Positions 38,964 to 48,187 of a stretch of DNA of 64,000 nt are shown here, piece by piece. Under the pieces are notes generated by a model that searched no databases, was not told where the DNA came from, and was given only the letters and a program-made list of their open reading frames with translations. Each line of letters opens with the position of its first letter. Position 1 is the stretch's first letter. Both the position numbers and the translations under genes were made by a program. The DNA is from Candidatus Sumerlaeia bacterium (GTDB taxonomy: Bacteria; Sumerlaeota; Sumerlaeia; JADFCW01): positions 625-64,624 of the forward strand of contig JAOAGV010000011.1 of the NCBI GenBank assembly GCA_026415575.1. Reading direction: 5' to 3'.

Positions 38964-40094
38964 ATGTTGCCCGAAAAACGATTGCTGATCATTGACGACG
39001 AGCGCCGCATGGCCGACAGCCTCCAGTCGCTGTTTGAGGCCGAGGGCTATCGCGCCGATGTCGCCTACGGCGGCGTAGAGGGCATCGAGAAGATTCGCGT
39101 CAACGACTATCATGTCATCATTACCGACATCCGCATGGGCGACCGCGACGGTTACGACGTCATGCGGTTCGTGCGCGACAACCGCCCCAAGGCCCTCGTC
39201 ATTGCCATCACCGGCTATGTCTCGACCGAGTCGGTCATTCAGGCCATCCGCCAGTCGGCGTTTGACTACGTGCCCAAGCCGTATGAATTCGACATGCTGC
39301 GGGGGGTGGTCGAGCGCGCTTTTGTCCAGATCGAAACCCGCCAGATGCGCGAGGATTTGATTTCGATGATCACCCACGACATCAAAGTCCCGCTCGGAAC
39401 GATCATCGGCTACGCACATCTGGCACTCGAAAGCGGAAGCGACAATCTGCCGGCCCAAACGCGCGAGTTTCTCGAACTGATCTCCATCAACAGCCAGCGC
39501 ATCCTTTCGCTGGTGGACAACTTCCTGACCACCTGCCGGGTCGAGGCCGGCCGGCTCGAAATTCTCGAAATGCCCGTCAATCTGCTCGAAGTGATCGAGG
39601 ACTTGCGGCCGATCAGCGACCTCGAAGCCCGCAAGCGCGATGTCGAGCTGCACGTCCGCATCGAGCCGTGCGAAACGACGGTGCTCGGCGATGCGAATTT
39701 GCTGTTTCGCGCTCTCGGAAATCTCTTTCACAACGCCATCAAATACGCCGGTCACAAAGGCTGGGTTGAAATTGTCATGCGCAACGCCGACCTCGAGCGC
39801 GAAGGCCAACGCGTCCGCTGTGTGCTGGTCGAAATCGCCAACAGCGGCGAGGGCATTGCGCCCGAGGCGCTGCCGCGCATTTTCGAACGGTTCGAGCGCT
39901 GGGGCGCTGCGCGCGGGTCCCATGAGGGCGCCGGTTTGGGACTGTATGTCGTACGCTGTATCGTCGAATCGCACCACGGCTTTATTGATGTCGAAAGCCA
40001 GCCCGGCGAACGCACCGTGTTTCGCGTCTATTTCCCGCTGGCTCCGGCTGATGCAGTTGCCGCGGAACCAATCGCGGCGGATCAACCTGAATAA
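38964..40094 (+). CDS. Hybrid receiver-histidine kinase (N-terminal REC, HisKA, HATPase_c; no TM segment)
   Basis: It has the REC motifs LLIIDDE...ITDIRMGDRDG, an H-box ITHDIKVPL, and N/G boxes HNAIKYA / GLGLYVV. Confidence 0.85.
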   Translation: MLPEKRLLIIDDERRMADSLQSLFEAEGYRADVAYGGVEGIEKIRVNDYHVIITDIRMGDRDGYDVMRFVRDNRPKALVIAITGYVSTESVIQAIRQSAFDYVPKPYEFDMLRGVVERAFVQIETRQMREDLISMITHDIKVPLGTIIGYAHLALESGSDNLPAQTREFLELISINSQRILSLVDNFLTTCRVEAGRLEILEMPVNLLEVIEDLRPISDLEARKRDVELHVRIEPCETTVLGDANLLFRALGNLFHNAIKYAGHKGWVEIVMRNADLEREGQRVRCVLVEIANSGEGIAPEALPRIFERFERWGAARGSHEGAGLGLYVVRCIVESHHGFIDVESQPGERTVFRVYFPLAPADAVAAEPIAADQPE

Positions 40095-40109
40095 TAAAAC
40101 GAGACGGCG

Positions 40110-41285
40110 ATGCTGGTTCTGGGGATTGAAAGCTCCTGCGACGAAACGTCGGCCGCCGTTGTTCGCGACGGCCGCCATGTCCTGTCCAACATTGTTTGGT
40201 CGCAGGTGAAACTTCATGCCCCCTACGGCGGGGTGGTTCCGGAGCTGGCTTCGCGCGCACACATTCGCAACATCTCCACTGTGGTGGATTTGGCGCTGAA
40301 ACGTGCGGGCGTGGATTTGGAAGCCATTGATCTGATTGCGGTGACGTGCGGTCCGGGCTTGGTCGGCTCACTTCTGGTCGGCGTGGAGTTCGCCAAGGCA
40401 CTGGCATTTGCGCGCAACCTGCCGCTGGTGGCCGTTCATCATATAGCCGCGCATCTCTACTCGCCCTTTTTGCGGCAAGCCCCCCGCGCGCATGATCTAA
40501 GGTTATCCGACAAGTCTGGCAAGTCCGACCCGTCTGACAAATCCGACAGGTCCAATTCCGCCCCGCGCGCCCCGCGGCCGCGCTATCCTTATCTGGGCTT
40601 GGCAATTTCGGGCGGCCATACCAGTCTGACGCGCGTTGAGCGGCCGGGCGAATATCGCACACTGGGCGAGACGCGCGACGACGCCGTCGGCGAGGCCTAT
40701 GACAAAGTGGCCAAGTTGCTCGGTCTGGGCTATCCCGGCGGCCCGTTGATTGACAAAATGGCCGCCGAGGGCAATCCGCGCGCGGTACGTTTCCCGCGGC
40801 CGATGCGCGGTGAAAAGACGCTCGACTTCTCGTTCAGCGGCCTCAAAACCGCCGTCCTTCACCATGTCGAATCCGTCGGCCTCGAAACCATTCGCGCCGA
40901 CCGTGCCCGGCTGTGCGGCATCGCCGCCTCGTTTCAGGCCGCCGTCATAGACTCGCTCCTTGAAAAGACCTGCGTGGCGCTTCACCGCGAGCGACTCGAC
41001 TCGCTTGCCGTGGTCGGCGGCGTTGCGTGCAATGCCGGTCTTCGCCGCGCGCTGGCCGACCTCCACCGCGCATCCTCCAGTCGCAGCGCCCCGTCTCCAT
41101 CCATCCTTCCACGTCCCTCATCGCTCAAAAACCTGTGGATTCCCCCGCCCTCGCTGTGCACCGACAATGCGGCGATGATTGCCGGCCTTGGCTATCATTT
41201 ATTTCGTTCCGGCCGCCGCGACAATGACCTTTCGCTGAACGCGGACCCGGGCTGGCCACTGCAAACCCCAACCCGGCCGGAGTAA
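40110..41285 (+). CDS. tsaD: tRNA N6-adenosine threonylcarbamoyltransferase
   Basis: It starts MLVLGIESSCDETSAA, has HHIAAH metal-binding histidines and a C-terminal CTDNAAMIA. It contains two low-complexity insertions. Confidence 0.9.
   Translation: MLVLGIESSCDETSAAVVRDGRHVLSNIVWSQVKLHAPYGGVVPELASRAHIRNISTVVDLALKRAGVDLEAIDLIAVTCGPGLVGSLLVGVEFAKALAFARNLPLVAVHHIAAHLYSPFLRQAPRAHDLRLSDKSGKSDPSDKSDRSNSAPRAPRPRYPYLGLAISGGHTSLTRVERPGEYRTLGETRDDAVGEAYDKVAKLLGLGYPGGPLIDKMAAEGNPRAVRFPRPMRGEKTLDFSFSGLKTAVLHHVESVGLETIRADRARLCGIAASFQAAVIDSLLEKTCVALHRERLDSLAVVGGVACNAGLRRALADLHRASSSRSAPSPSILPRPSSLKNLWIPPPSLCTDNAAMIAGLGYHLFRSGRRDNDLSLNADPGWPLQTPTRPE
40508..40552 (+). repeat. Five tandem imperfect 9-nt repeats (GACAAGTCY-like) inside tsaD, encoding DKSGKSDPSDKSDRS
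   Basis: The run GACAAGTCT GGCAAGTCC GACCCGTCT GACAAATCC GACAGGTCC is in frame and sits in an insertion relative to canonical TsaD. Confidence 0.6.
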
Positions 41286-41286
41286 T

Positions 41287-41328
41287 ATCCATCCGTCCAT
41301 TCTGTCCATGCCGTCCATGTCGTCCATC
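41287..41328 (-). repeat. Tandem nonamers, the minus-strand copy of the ATGGACNNN family (plus strand reads NNNGTCCAT x4)
   Basis: Read on the minus strand it is ATGGACGAC ATGGACGGC ATGGACAGA ATGGACGG, spanning the tsaD stop and the start of the UbiA-like gene. Confidence 0.6.
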
Positions 41329-42204
41329 CCAAAAACCCTCCTCCAAAAAGTTTTCATCGTCCTCGAGATGATCAAATTCGAGCACACGCTGTTTGCCCTG
41401 CCCTTCGCCCTCATGGCCATGCTGCTAGCCGCGCGCGATTTTCCCTCGCCGGGCAATCGCCTGCCGTCGGCCCGCGTAATCATTCTCATCGTGGTCGCCT
41501 GCTATGCCGCGCGCTCGGCCGCCATGGCGTTCAACCGCCTTGCCGACCTTGAACAAGACCGCGAAAACCCGCGAACCCGCAATCGTGCCCTTCCGGCCGG
41601 ACTGCTTTCGCCGCATTTTGTGCGGGCTTTCACCCTTGCCCACATTGTGCTGTTTCTTTGGACCGCATGGATGCTCAACTGGCTTGCGTTTGCCCTGTCG
41701 CCGGTTGCCTTGGCGATCATTCTTGGTTATTCGTATGTCAAGCGGTTTTCCTTTACAACCCATTTCATTCTCGGTCTGGCACTTGGAATTGCCCCGATGG
41801 GCGCATGGATTGCCGTACGCGGCAGTTTTGACATCCGGCCCATGATCCTCAGTCTCGCCGTGTTGCTCTGGACCGCCGGATTTGACATCATATATGCTTG
41901 TCAGGACTATGCTTTCGATGTTTCCAAAGGACTGCATTCCATTCCCGCACGCTTCGGAATCCCAAAGGCCTTGGTCGTTTCTTCCGGTTTGCATGTTTTG
42001 GCATGGCTGGCGCTGATGATCTTTGCATGGGCTGCGCGGAGCGGCTGGCTATTTATAGGAGGGGTGGTTTTGGTAGGCTTTCTGCTAATTTACGAACATG
42101 CCATTGTCAAGCCAAATAACTTGTCACGTGTGAATGTCGCCTTTTTCAATGTCAACGGCGTGGTTGGCATTTTGCTCTTTTTATGTTTCTTACTGGAAAT
42201 GTAG
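41308..42204 (+). CDS. UbiA-family aromatic prenyltransferase
   Basis: It has the first Asp-rich motif NRLADLEQDRENPRTRNR, a second motif YACQDYAFD, and 8-9 TM helices. Confidence 0.85.
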   Translation: MPSMSSIPKTLLQKVFIVLEMIKFEHTLFALPFALMAMLLAARDFPSPGNRLPSARVIILIVVACYAARSAAMAFNRLADLEQDRENPRTRNRALPAGLLSPHFVRAFTLAHIVLFLWTAWMLNWLAFALSPVALAIILGYSYVKRFSFTTHFILGLALGIAPMGAWIAVRGSFDIRPMILSLAVLLWTAGFDIIYACQDYAFDVSKGLHSIPARFGIPKALVVSSGLHVLAWLALMIFAWAARSGWLFIGGVVLVGFLLIYEHAIVKPNNLSRVNVAFFNVNGVVGILLFLCFLLEM

Positions 42205-42254
42205 CCGGCTGCGCGGGGAGGCCGACTGTGTTCTGCCGTAGATGTAAGGTGAAA

Positions 42255-42377
42255 ATGGTCGAGCAAAAGCGTGTTTTTCACAAACAGCGCAAATGGATTT
42301 GCCCGCGCTGCGGCCGTGCACGAATGCAGCGACATGGAAAGAAGCCGAAAGAGTTTGTGCACCGCGCCGGTGTCTGA
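42255..42377 (+). CDS. Small basic protein (40 aa) with a CPRCG zinc-ribbon-like motif
   Basis: An ATG at 42255 is preceded by AAGGTG. The product is MVEQKRVFHKQRKWICPRCGRARMQRHGKKPKEFVHRAGV. The ORF overlaps the 3' end of the UbiA-like gene and is speculative. Confidence 0.3.
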   Translation: MVEQKRVFHKQRKWICPRCGRARMQRHGKKPKEFVHRAGV

Positions 42378-42396
42378 ACCGCTGTTTTTCCGTCTG

Positions 42397-43176
42397 CTAC
42401 CGTGAGAGCCAGCCTCCGTCCACCGCAAGAATAAATCCGTTCACATAATCCGAGGCCGCAGAGGCCAGAAACACCACAGCGCCTTTCAGCTCGTGTGGTT
42501 CGCCCCAGCGTCCGGCCGGAATGCGCGCCACAATGTCCGGATTGCGTTTCGGGTCCTCGTAAATCCCGCGCGTCAGCTCCGTCCGCATGTAACCCGGCGC
42601 AATCGCATTGACCTGCACATTGTATTTTGCCCATTCGTTGGCAAACGCTTTGGTCAACTGCGCCACTCCCCCCTTGCTGGCCGCATAGGCCGGCACCAGA
42701 ATTCCTCCCTGAAACGACAGCATCGAGGCAATGTTGATGATCTTGCCCCCACCCTGCCGGATCATGCGTCGGCCCGCCTCCTGACAGGCGATGAAAACGC
42801 TCTTGAGGTTCACCGCAAGGGTCCGATCCCACTCGTCTTCCGGATAGTCCTCCGCCTTCACGCGGTGACAGATCCCGTGGGCGTTGACCAAGATATCCAC
42901 CCGGCCGAATTCGCGGTCGGCCAATTGAAACAGGTTGCGCACAGACTGCGGCTCGCCGGCCTCGACCTCGGCCGCAATGCACACCCGTCCGAGCTGTCCG
43001 GCAAGTCGGCACAGACCGTCGAGCCGCTCGCGCCGGCGGGCCGTAACAATCGCATCGGCGCCCATTTCCAGAAGCGCCTCGGCCAGGGCATTGCCCAGCC
43101 CGCCCGAAGCGCCGATGATCACGGCTTTCCTGCCGGACAGGTTGAACAAATCGCTTGTGGGAACTGGTTGGGACAT
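42397..43176 (-). CDS. SDR-family short-chain dehydrogenase/reductase
   Basis: It has GASGGLGNA (TGxxxGxG), NAHG and the YxxxK site YAASK. Confidence 0.85.
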   Translation of the reverse strand: MSQPVPTSDLFNLSGRKAVIIGASGGLGNALAEALLEMGADAIVTARRRERLDGLCRLAGQLGRVCIAAEVEAGEPQSVRNLFQLADREFGRVDILVNAHGICHRVKAEDYPEDEWDRTLAVNLKSVFIACQEAGRRMIRQGGGKIINIASMLSFQGGILVPAYAASKGGVAQLTKAFANEWAKYNVQVNAIAPGYMRTELTRGIYEDPKRNPDIVARIPAGRWGEPHELKGAVVFLASAASDYVNGFILAVDGGWLSR

Positions 43177-43440
43177 CGGAACCCTCCGCCTGAAATTGTA
43201 AAGAGCGAGTACATTTCCACGGAATTTTGACGGCCGCAATTTCTTGTGCGGCGAATGGTTGCCTCACTCAACCCTCTCATTTCAGTCCGTCAAGCGGGAA
43301 AGTTTCAACCGCAACTTCATCGGACGGACTGATCGTGAATCCAAAGCGAAAGCGTTCTTCCCTTTTGTCTTGCGTCGGAAAGCCCAAACGCAAAGACTTG
43401 CCGCTGAGTGGCAGTTTCATTCCGCGAAAGGAGTCGTTCC

Positions 43441-44196
43441 ATGCGGTTGGCGCTGATCGGATACGGAAAAATGGGCCGGGCGATCGAAGCACTGGCGCCT
43501 GCGCGCGGCCACGAAATCGTCGCAACGGTTGATTTGAAAGACCGCGCGGCCAAATTCCGGCGCCTGACCCGGCAGGCCGTCGAGGCCGCCGATGTTTGCA
43601 TCGAGTTCACCGCGCCCAACGCCGCGCTCGGCAACCTGCTGCGGCTCTGTCAACTGGGCAAGCGCGTGGTGACCGGCACGACCGGCTGGTTCAATCACCT
43701 CGACGAGTTTGCGGCGGTGGTGGCGAAGAAAAAAGCTACCGTGCTGTATGGGGCGAACTTCTCCATTGGGGTCAACCTGTTCTACCGGCTGGTTGAACGT
43801 GCGGCGGAATTGTTTGGCGCGCTTGACGATCGCGACTTCTATGTGGCCGAAGCGCACCACCGTGCCAAACTCGATGCCCCCAGCGGCACGGCGAAACGTC
43901 TGGCCGAGATTATTCTTGCCAAAAGCCGCCGCAAAAAACGTCCGCTCCAGCGCCTCGAAGGACCGATTGCCGAAGACCAACTGCAAATCGTCTCGACCCG
44001 CGCCGGCTGGATTACCGGCGTTCATCGCGTCGGCATCGAGGGGCCGCACGATTCGATTGTACTCGAACATCAGGCGCGCTCGCGCGATACGTTTGCCGAC
44101 GGCGCGCTGCGGGCGGCCGAGTGGATTGTCTCCGCGGCCCCCGGCCTGTATCGCTTCGAGGACGTCCTCGATCAGCTCGTGCGCATGGCGCCATGA
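43441..44196 (+). CDS. dapB: 4-hydroxy-tetrahydrodipicolinate reductase
   Basis: It has MRLALIGYGKMGRA and the EAHHRAKLDAPSGTA active-site region. Confidence 0.85.
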   Translation: MRLALIGYGKMGRAIEALAPARGHEIVATVDLKDRAAKFRRLTRQAVEAADVCIEFTAPNAALGNLLRLCQLGKRVVTGTTGWFNHLDEFAAVVAKKKATVLYGANFSIGVNLFYRLVERAAELFGALDDRDFYVAEAHHRAKLDAPSGTAKRLAEIILAKSRRKKRPLQRLEGPIAEDQLQIVSTRAGWITGVHRVGIEGPHDSIVLEHQARSRDTFADGALRAAEWIVSAAPGLYRFEDVLDQLVRMAP

Positions 44197-44539
44197 AAGG
44201 CCACGGCAGAAGACACTCGGCAAACAGACATACCGGAGGCGAATGCCGCGGTGTTTGTTTCGTTGCAGAAGATCTTTTCTTTGGACTTTTCGCAGCCACG
44301 CCGCCGCTTTCTTCCGTGCTTTCGCCGTCCAAAGATAACGTTCAAATGAAAGACCTGCGCATCCAGCCAAGCGGCAGAATGGCTGCGCGCAGTCCAAGAT
44401 AAAAACAGCCGTTTGCCAATTTCGAGGGATGTGCTCTTAATTGGATTTCCCTCCGAGGTTCCGCCTTGACTTTTAATTGCGGAATGCGGATTGCAAATGG
44501 CGGTTGAAAAACGGAATGCAGACGCACAGGAGGCGAAGC

Positions 44540-44836
44540 ATGTTTCGGAATACGAGTTGGTGGAAAACGGCTCTGGCGATGCTGGCTGGAGCGGTCTTGA
44601 CACTGGCGGTTCAATCAATCGGCGAGAAATGGACACGCCGTGCCGAGGCGGCCTCGATCAGCCAACTGGCCCAGCAAACCATGGCCAATTTGGTTGGCTC
44701 GCTGCCGATTGTCGGCGGCGACAAAATTCGCGGCGTGGCCGGACTGGGCGATGGGCGCACGTTCATCGTCTATACGGACACGAACATCAATTTCTACCAG
44801 TTCGGCATGGCCACGCCGGCGCCGATGGGCCGTTAA
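44540..44836 (+). CDS. Small secreted/anchored hypothetical protein (98 aa)
   Basis: An ATG at 44540 is preceded by CAGGAGGCG. The product starts MFRNTSWWKTALAMLAGAVLTLAVQ with a signal anchor. Confidence 0.45.
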   Translation: MFRNTSWWKTALAMLAGAVLTLAVQSIGEKWTRRAEAASISQLAQQTMANLVGSLPIVGGDKIRGVAGLGDGRTFIVYTDTNINFYQFGMATPAPMGR

Positions 44837-45057
44837 GTTCCCGCCGCAAAATTGGCGAGAAAAACGCTTGACCCAGAGCCGAGGGCGTGCAAGACAACGG
44901 TCGGTCGTTTGGAAATGGATTTTTCAGCGGGCTGAATCGCACAGTCGGCAAAGCACGGGCGGCGGGAAAGGTGGAACAACGCAGCATTTTTTCGCCGCGC
45001 CCCGGGCAATGTCGCTGCACAACAGCCCCAACATCCTACCGCATTCGGAGGGGACAC

Positions 45058-46026
45058 ATGAAACTCGGCGTTCTGACGGTTCTATTCGGAGGCCAGCCTC
45101 TGGAAAAGGCGCTCGACTATGTCAAAGAGGCCGGCCTGCAGGCGGTCGAAATCGGCACGGGCAACTATCCCGGCGACGCCCACTGCAAACTTGACGCCAT
45201 GCTCAAGAGCGAAGACGAGCGCAAGAAGTTCATGGACGCGATCAAGAGCCGCGGCCTCGAAATCTCCGCACTGTCCTGCCACGGCAACGCGCTCCATCCC
45301 GACAAAAAGTTCGCCGAAAAGAGCGTGGATACGCTCAAGAAGACCATCCAGTTGGCCAAACTCCTCAAGGTCAAAACGGTCATTGACTTCTCCGGCTGCC
45401 CCGGCGAAGGCCCCAACGCCACCAAACCCAACTGGGTGACCTGCCCTTGGCCGCCCGACTTCCTCGAAATCCTTGAATGGCAGTGGGACAAGGTGGCCAT
45501 CCCGTTCTGGAAAGACATGGCCAAGTATGCCGCCGACCATGGCGTGCGCATCGCCTTCGAGATGCATCCGGGCTTCATCGTCTACAGTCCCGAAACGCTG
45601 CTGCGAATCCGCGACGCCTGCGGCAAAAACATCGGCGCCAACCTCGACCCCTCGCATCTGTTCTGGCAGGGCATTGACCCCATCGTTGCAGTGCGTGAAC
45701 TGGGGAAGGCCAAGGCCATCTTCCATATCCACATGAAGGATACGAAGATTGACCCGATCAACACGGCCTTTACGGGTGTGCTCGACACCAAGCACTACAG
45801 CGACGTCCAGAAGCGGTCGTGGGTTTTCCGCACGGTCGGCTACGGACATGGCGCGGAGTTCTGGAGCAACTTCATCTCGACGCTTCGGGCGTTCGGCTAC
45901 GACGAGTATCTGAGCATCGAGCATGAGGACGGCCTGATGTCCATCAACGAGGGCTTCATGAAGGCCGTTCGCTTCCTGCAGGGCCTCATCTTGACCGAGA
46001 AGCCCGGCGCCATGTGGTGGGCATAA
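45058..46026 (+). CDS. Sugar phosphate isomerase/epimerase (xylose-isomerase-like TIM barrel)
   Basis: An ATG at 45058 is preceded by GGAGGGGA. It has AFEMHPG and LSIEHED metal-site motifs of the AP-endonuclease-2/XylA fold. Confidence 0.8.
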   Translation: MKLGVLTVLFGGQPLEKALDYVKEAGLQAVEIGTGNYPGDAHCKLDAMLKSEDERKKFMDAIKSRGLEISALSCHGNALHPDKKFAEKSVDTLKKTIQLAKLLKVKTVIDFSGCPGEGPNATKPNWVTCPWPPDFLEILEWQWDKVAIPFWKDMAKYAADHGVRIAFEMHPGFIVYSPETLLRIRDACGKNIGANLDPSHLFWQGIDPIVAVRELGKAKAIFHIHMKDTKIDPINTAFTGVLDTKHYSDVQKRSWVFRTVGYGHGAEFWSNFISTLRAFGYDEYLSIEHEDGLMSINEGFMKAVRFLQGLILTEKPGAMWWA

Positions 46027-46064
46027 GACAAAGGCGCGACCAACTCTGTCTCGTCAGACCTTTG

Positions 46065-46098
46065 GAAGGGCGGACTGCGAGGTTCGCCCTTTTTTATT
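46065..46098 (+). terminator. Rho-independent terminator (GAAGGGCG...CGCCCTTTTTTATT) after the isomerase gene
   Basis: A GC stem is followed by T6ATT, 40 nt past the stop. Confidence 0.6.
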
Positions 46099-46266
46099 CT
46101 GAGCAGTTCGCAGAATAACGGATTACGCGAGTGAAAAGGTAATCTACGACCCTTCGGCGATTTCACGCGCCTGCCGTTTTTTAAATCTGTGTGAATCCGT
46201 GCAACTCTGTGCTGTACGACTTTTCACACAGGCGTCAATTCTATTGCAAACTATCAAAGGCAAAAC

Positions 46267-46297
46267 AAAAGTACGCCTCTTGGAGAGGCGTCCTTTT
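46267..46297 (-). terminator. Bidirectional hairpin terminator (AAAAGTACGCCTCTtggAGAGGCGTCCTTTT) after the pseudopilin gene
   Basis: It is a perfect 8-bp stem flanked by A-run and T-run, about 50 nt past the stop at 46346. Confidence 0.55.
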
Positions 46298-46345
46298 AGA
46301 GTGCCAAATCCAGTTTTCCGTGGCTGCGGAAACAGCCTCTATTCC

Positions 46346-47011
46346 TCACCGCGACCAGCTGTAGGGGTCCACGGCGCCGCGGTTGTTGCTGTTGTCGGCA
46401 TTGGACCCGTGCGGCCTGCTGCCGGCGATGAAGTTCACCGGAACCTTGCCGGCGTGGCGATAGATGTCGCCCCAGCTGACCGTGCCGTTGGTCGGATCAT
46501 ACGGCATGGCGTCGCGCGTATAGGGATACTGGCTGTTGAGATTGGTGTCGTCGGCGTTATCCGGCCCGTAGCTCATGCCCATCCATTCAGTCATCGGCTG
46601 ATTGCGGTCAATCCACGGCCCGAGGTAACCGCCCGCGCACTGATAAAACGGGTCCAACAAGTCGCCATCGCCCGCCTGCACGGAACTGCTGCGTGTGCCG
46701 TAATTGACAAACGCATCGCGGAAGGCCGTGGTCAAATAGGCCACCGGTGTCGAAAGCTGACTCCACATGGGCCCGGGCCGAAACTGCATCCGGGTATCCA
46801 CAGCGCCCCACGATACACCCGTGGGATAGCTGTTCCAGTCCACGTAATAGGCTTTGACGGCCGTGTCTATCTGCCGCAAGTCGCTTTGGGCGCGGGCCAC
46901 TTTCGAGCGCACTTGGGCTTCGAGGAAATTGGGAATGGCAATGGCGGCCAAAATGGCGATGATGGCTACAACGATCAGAAGTTCAATGAGGGTAAATCCT
47001 TTCTTGTGCAT
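46346..47011 (-). CDS. Prepilin-type N-terminal cleavage/methylation domain protein (type II pseudopilin-like, DUF1559-type)
   Basis: It begins MHKKGFTLIELLIVVAIIAILAAIAIP (class III signal). The plus-strand ORF 46199..47185 is an antisense shadow. Confidence 0.85.
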   Translation of the reverse strand: MHKKGFTLIELLIVVAIIAILAAIAIPNFLEAQVRSKVARAQSDLRQIDTAVKAYYVDWNSYPTGVSWGAVDTRMQFRPGPMWSQLSTPVAYLTTAFRDAFVNYGTRSSSVQAGDGDLLDPFYQCAGGYLGPWIDRNQPMTEWMGMSYGPDNADDTNLNSQYPYTRDAMPYDPTNGTVSWGDIYRHAGKVPVNFIAGSRPHGSNADNSNNRGAVDPYSWSR

Positions 47012-47294
47012 GACAGTGTTTCCTTTGCTGGAAATGATAGAGGGTCCACATGGACCGCTCGTGCTACAGGGCGCGGCACCGTTGTGCAGGCCGCGCGCGG
47101 CAATAAGTTTTACCTCAGGACGGCACCATTTCTTCCCTCTAAGGAAAGCGTCGCGGCAGCCCTTCTTTATTCGCGGGATCCATAAAAGAATTTAGACGGA
47201 TGACGGAGTATTTCCCCTGCCCGTCGGACGCTTGGACCGTCCCGTCGGTTTCCCTTTCTGTCCCCCCTTTCCTTTTTGCACTTTCTACCAAATC

Positions 47295-47314
47295 ACCAAA
47301 TACATATTTGGTGC
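47295..47314. promoter_or_regulatory. Perfect 9-2-9 palindrome CACCAAATAcaTATTTGGTG; candidate operator
   Basis: It lies in the 520-bp intergenic region between the pseudopilin gene (minus) and coaE (plus). Confidence 0.3.
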
Positions 47315-47532
47315 TAATCGGACATATCCGTCAAGCAAAAATGTACCCCGGTTCTCGAGCGATGCGCTTTTTTTGCAAAAAATGCTTGCAGGGGTAAACG
47401 CGTTGTGGTCAAAATCCTTTCTGTTTTAGGGTAACCGGTTCTCCCATAGGCACTTTTCCCGAATGTTCTGCCTCCAGGCCTCAGAACCTCTATAAGTGAT
47501 TAACGAACCAGCGGCACGTGTTCTAAAATGGT

Positions 47533-48126
47533 ATGCCTGTTATCGGATTGACGGGGTCGTTTGGGAGCGGCAAGACGACCGTGGCCGAGATGTTTCGGCG
47601 GCGCGGGGCTCGTATCATTGACGCCGATGCCATTGCGCGGCAACTTGTCGAACCCGGTTCCCCGGCTCTCCAAGAAATTGTTGACCTGCTCGGTCAACCC
47701 ATACTGCAACCGGACGGACGCTTGAATCGCGCGGCTGTGGCCGAGCGTGTGTTTGCCGATGAATCGCTGCGCCAACGCCTCAATGCCATCCTCCATCCCC
47801 GCATCCGTGCCATCGAGGAAGAACAACTGGCGCAATGGCGCAACGAGCCGCTGGTGGTCCTGTCCGTGCCGCTGCTGCTTGAAAACCGCATGGAGCACCT
47901 TGTGGATTGCGTGGTCGTTGTGGCGGTGGACGAGGCGGTGCGTGCGGAACGCCTCCGTCGCCGCGACGGCCTGACCGATGCCCAGATCGCCGCGCGGCTC
48001 AAAGCCCAAATGCCTCAGGAAGAGAAGATCGCGCGAGCCGACTATGTCATCTATAATTCCGGCTCGCTGGAAGAAACCGAACGACAGGTGGAAGAACTGG
48101 TGAGAAGAATTGGAAGCGACAAATGA
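47533..48126 (+). CDS. coaE: Dephospho-CoA kinase
   Basis: It starts MPVIGLTGSFGSGKTTVAEMF (P-loop) and is about 200 aa. Confidence 0.9.
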   Translation: MPVIGLTGSFGSGKTTVAEMFRRRGARIIDADAIARQLVEPGSPALQEIVDLLGQPILQPDGRLNRAAVAERVFADESLRQRLNAILHPRIRAIEEEQLAQWRNEPLVVLSVPLLLENRMEHLVDCVVVVAVDEAVRAERLRRRDGLTDAQIAARLKAQMPQEEKIARADYVIYNSGSLEETERQVEELVRRIGSDK

Positions 48127-48145
48127 GAAATAACGACGGAACGGG

Positions 48146-48187
48146 ATGGACGATATGGACGGAATGGACAGGATGAACCGGATGGGC
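48146..48187 (+). repeat. Tandem ATGGACNNN nonamers (ATGGACGAT ATGGACGGA ATGGACAGG ATGAACCGG) in the rho leader
   Basis: Inverted copies (CCGTCCAT) follow at about 48258 and 48284. The same family occurs at 41287-41328. Confidence 0.6.

Noticed and set aside
46199-47185. 328-aa plus-strand ORF
   Set aside because: It is the antisense shadow of the prepilin-type gene, which has an unmistakable GFTLIELLIVVAII N-terminus on the minus strand.
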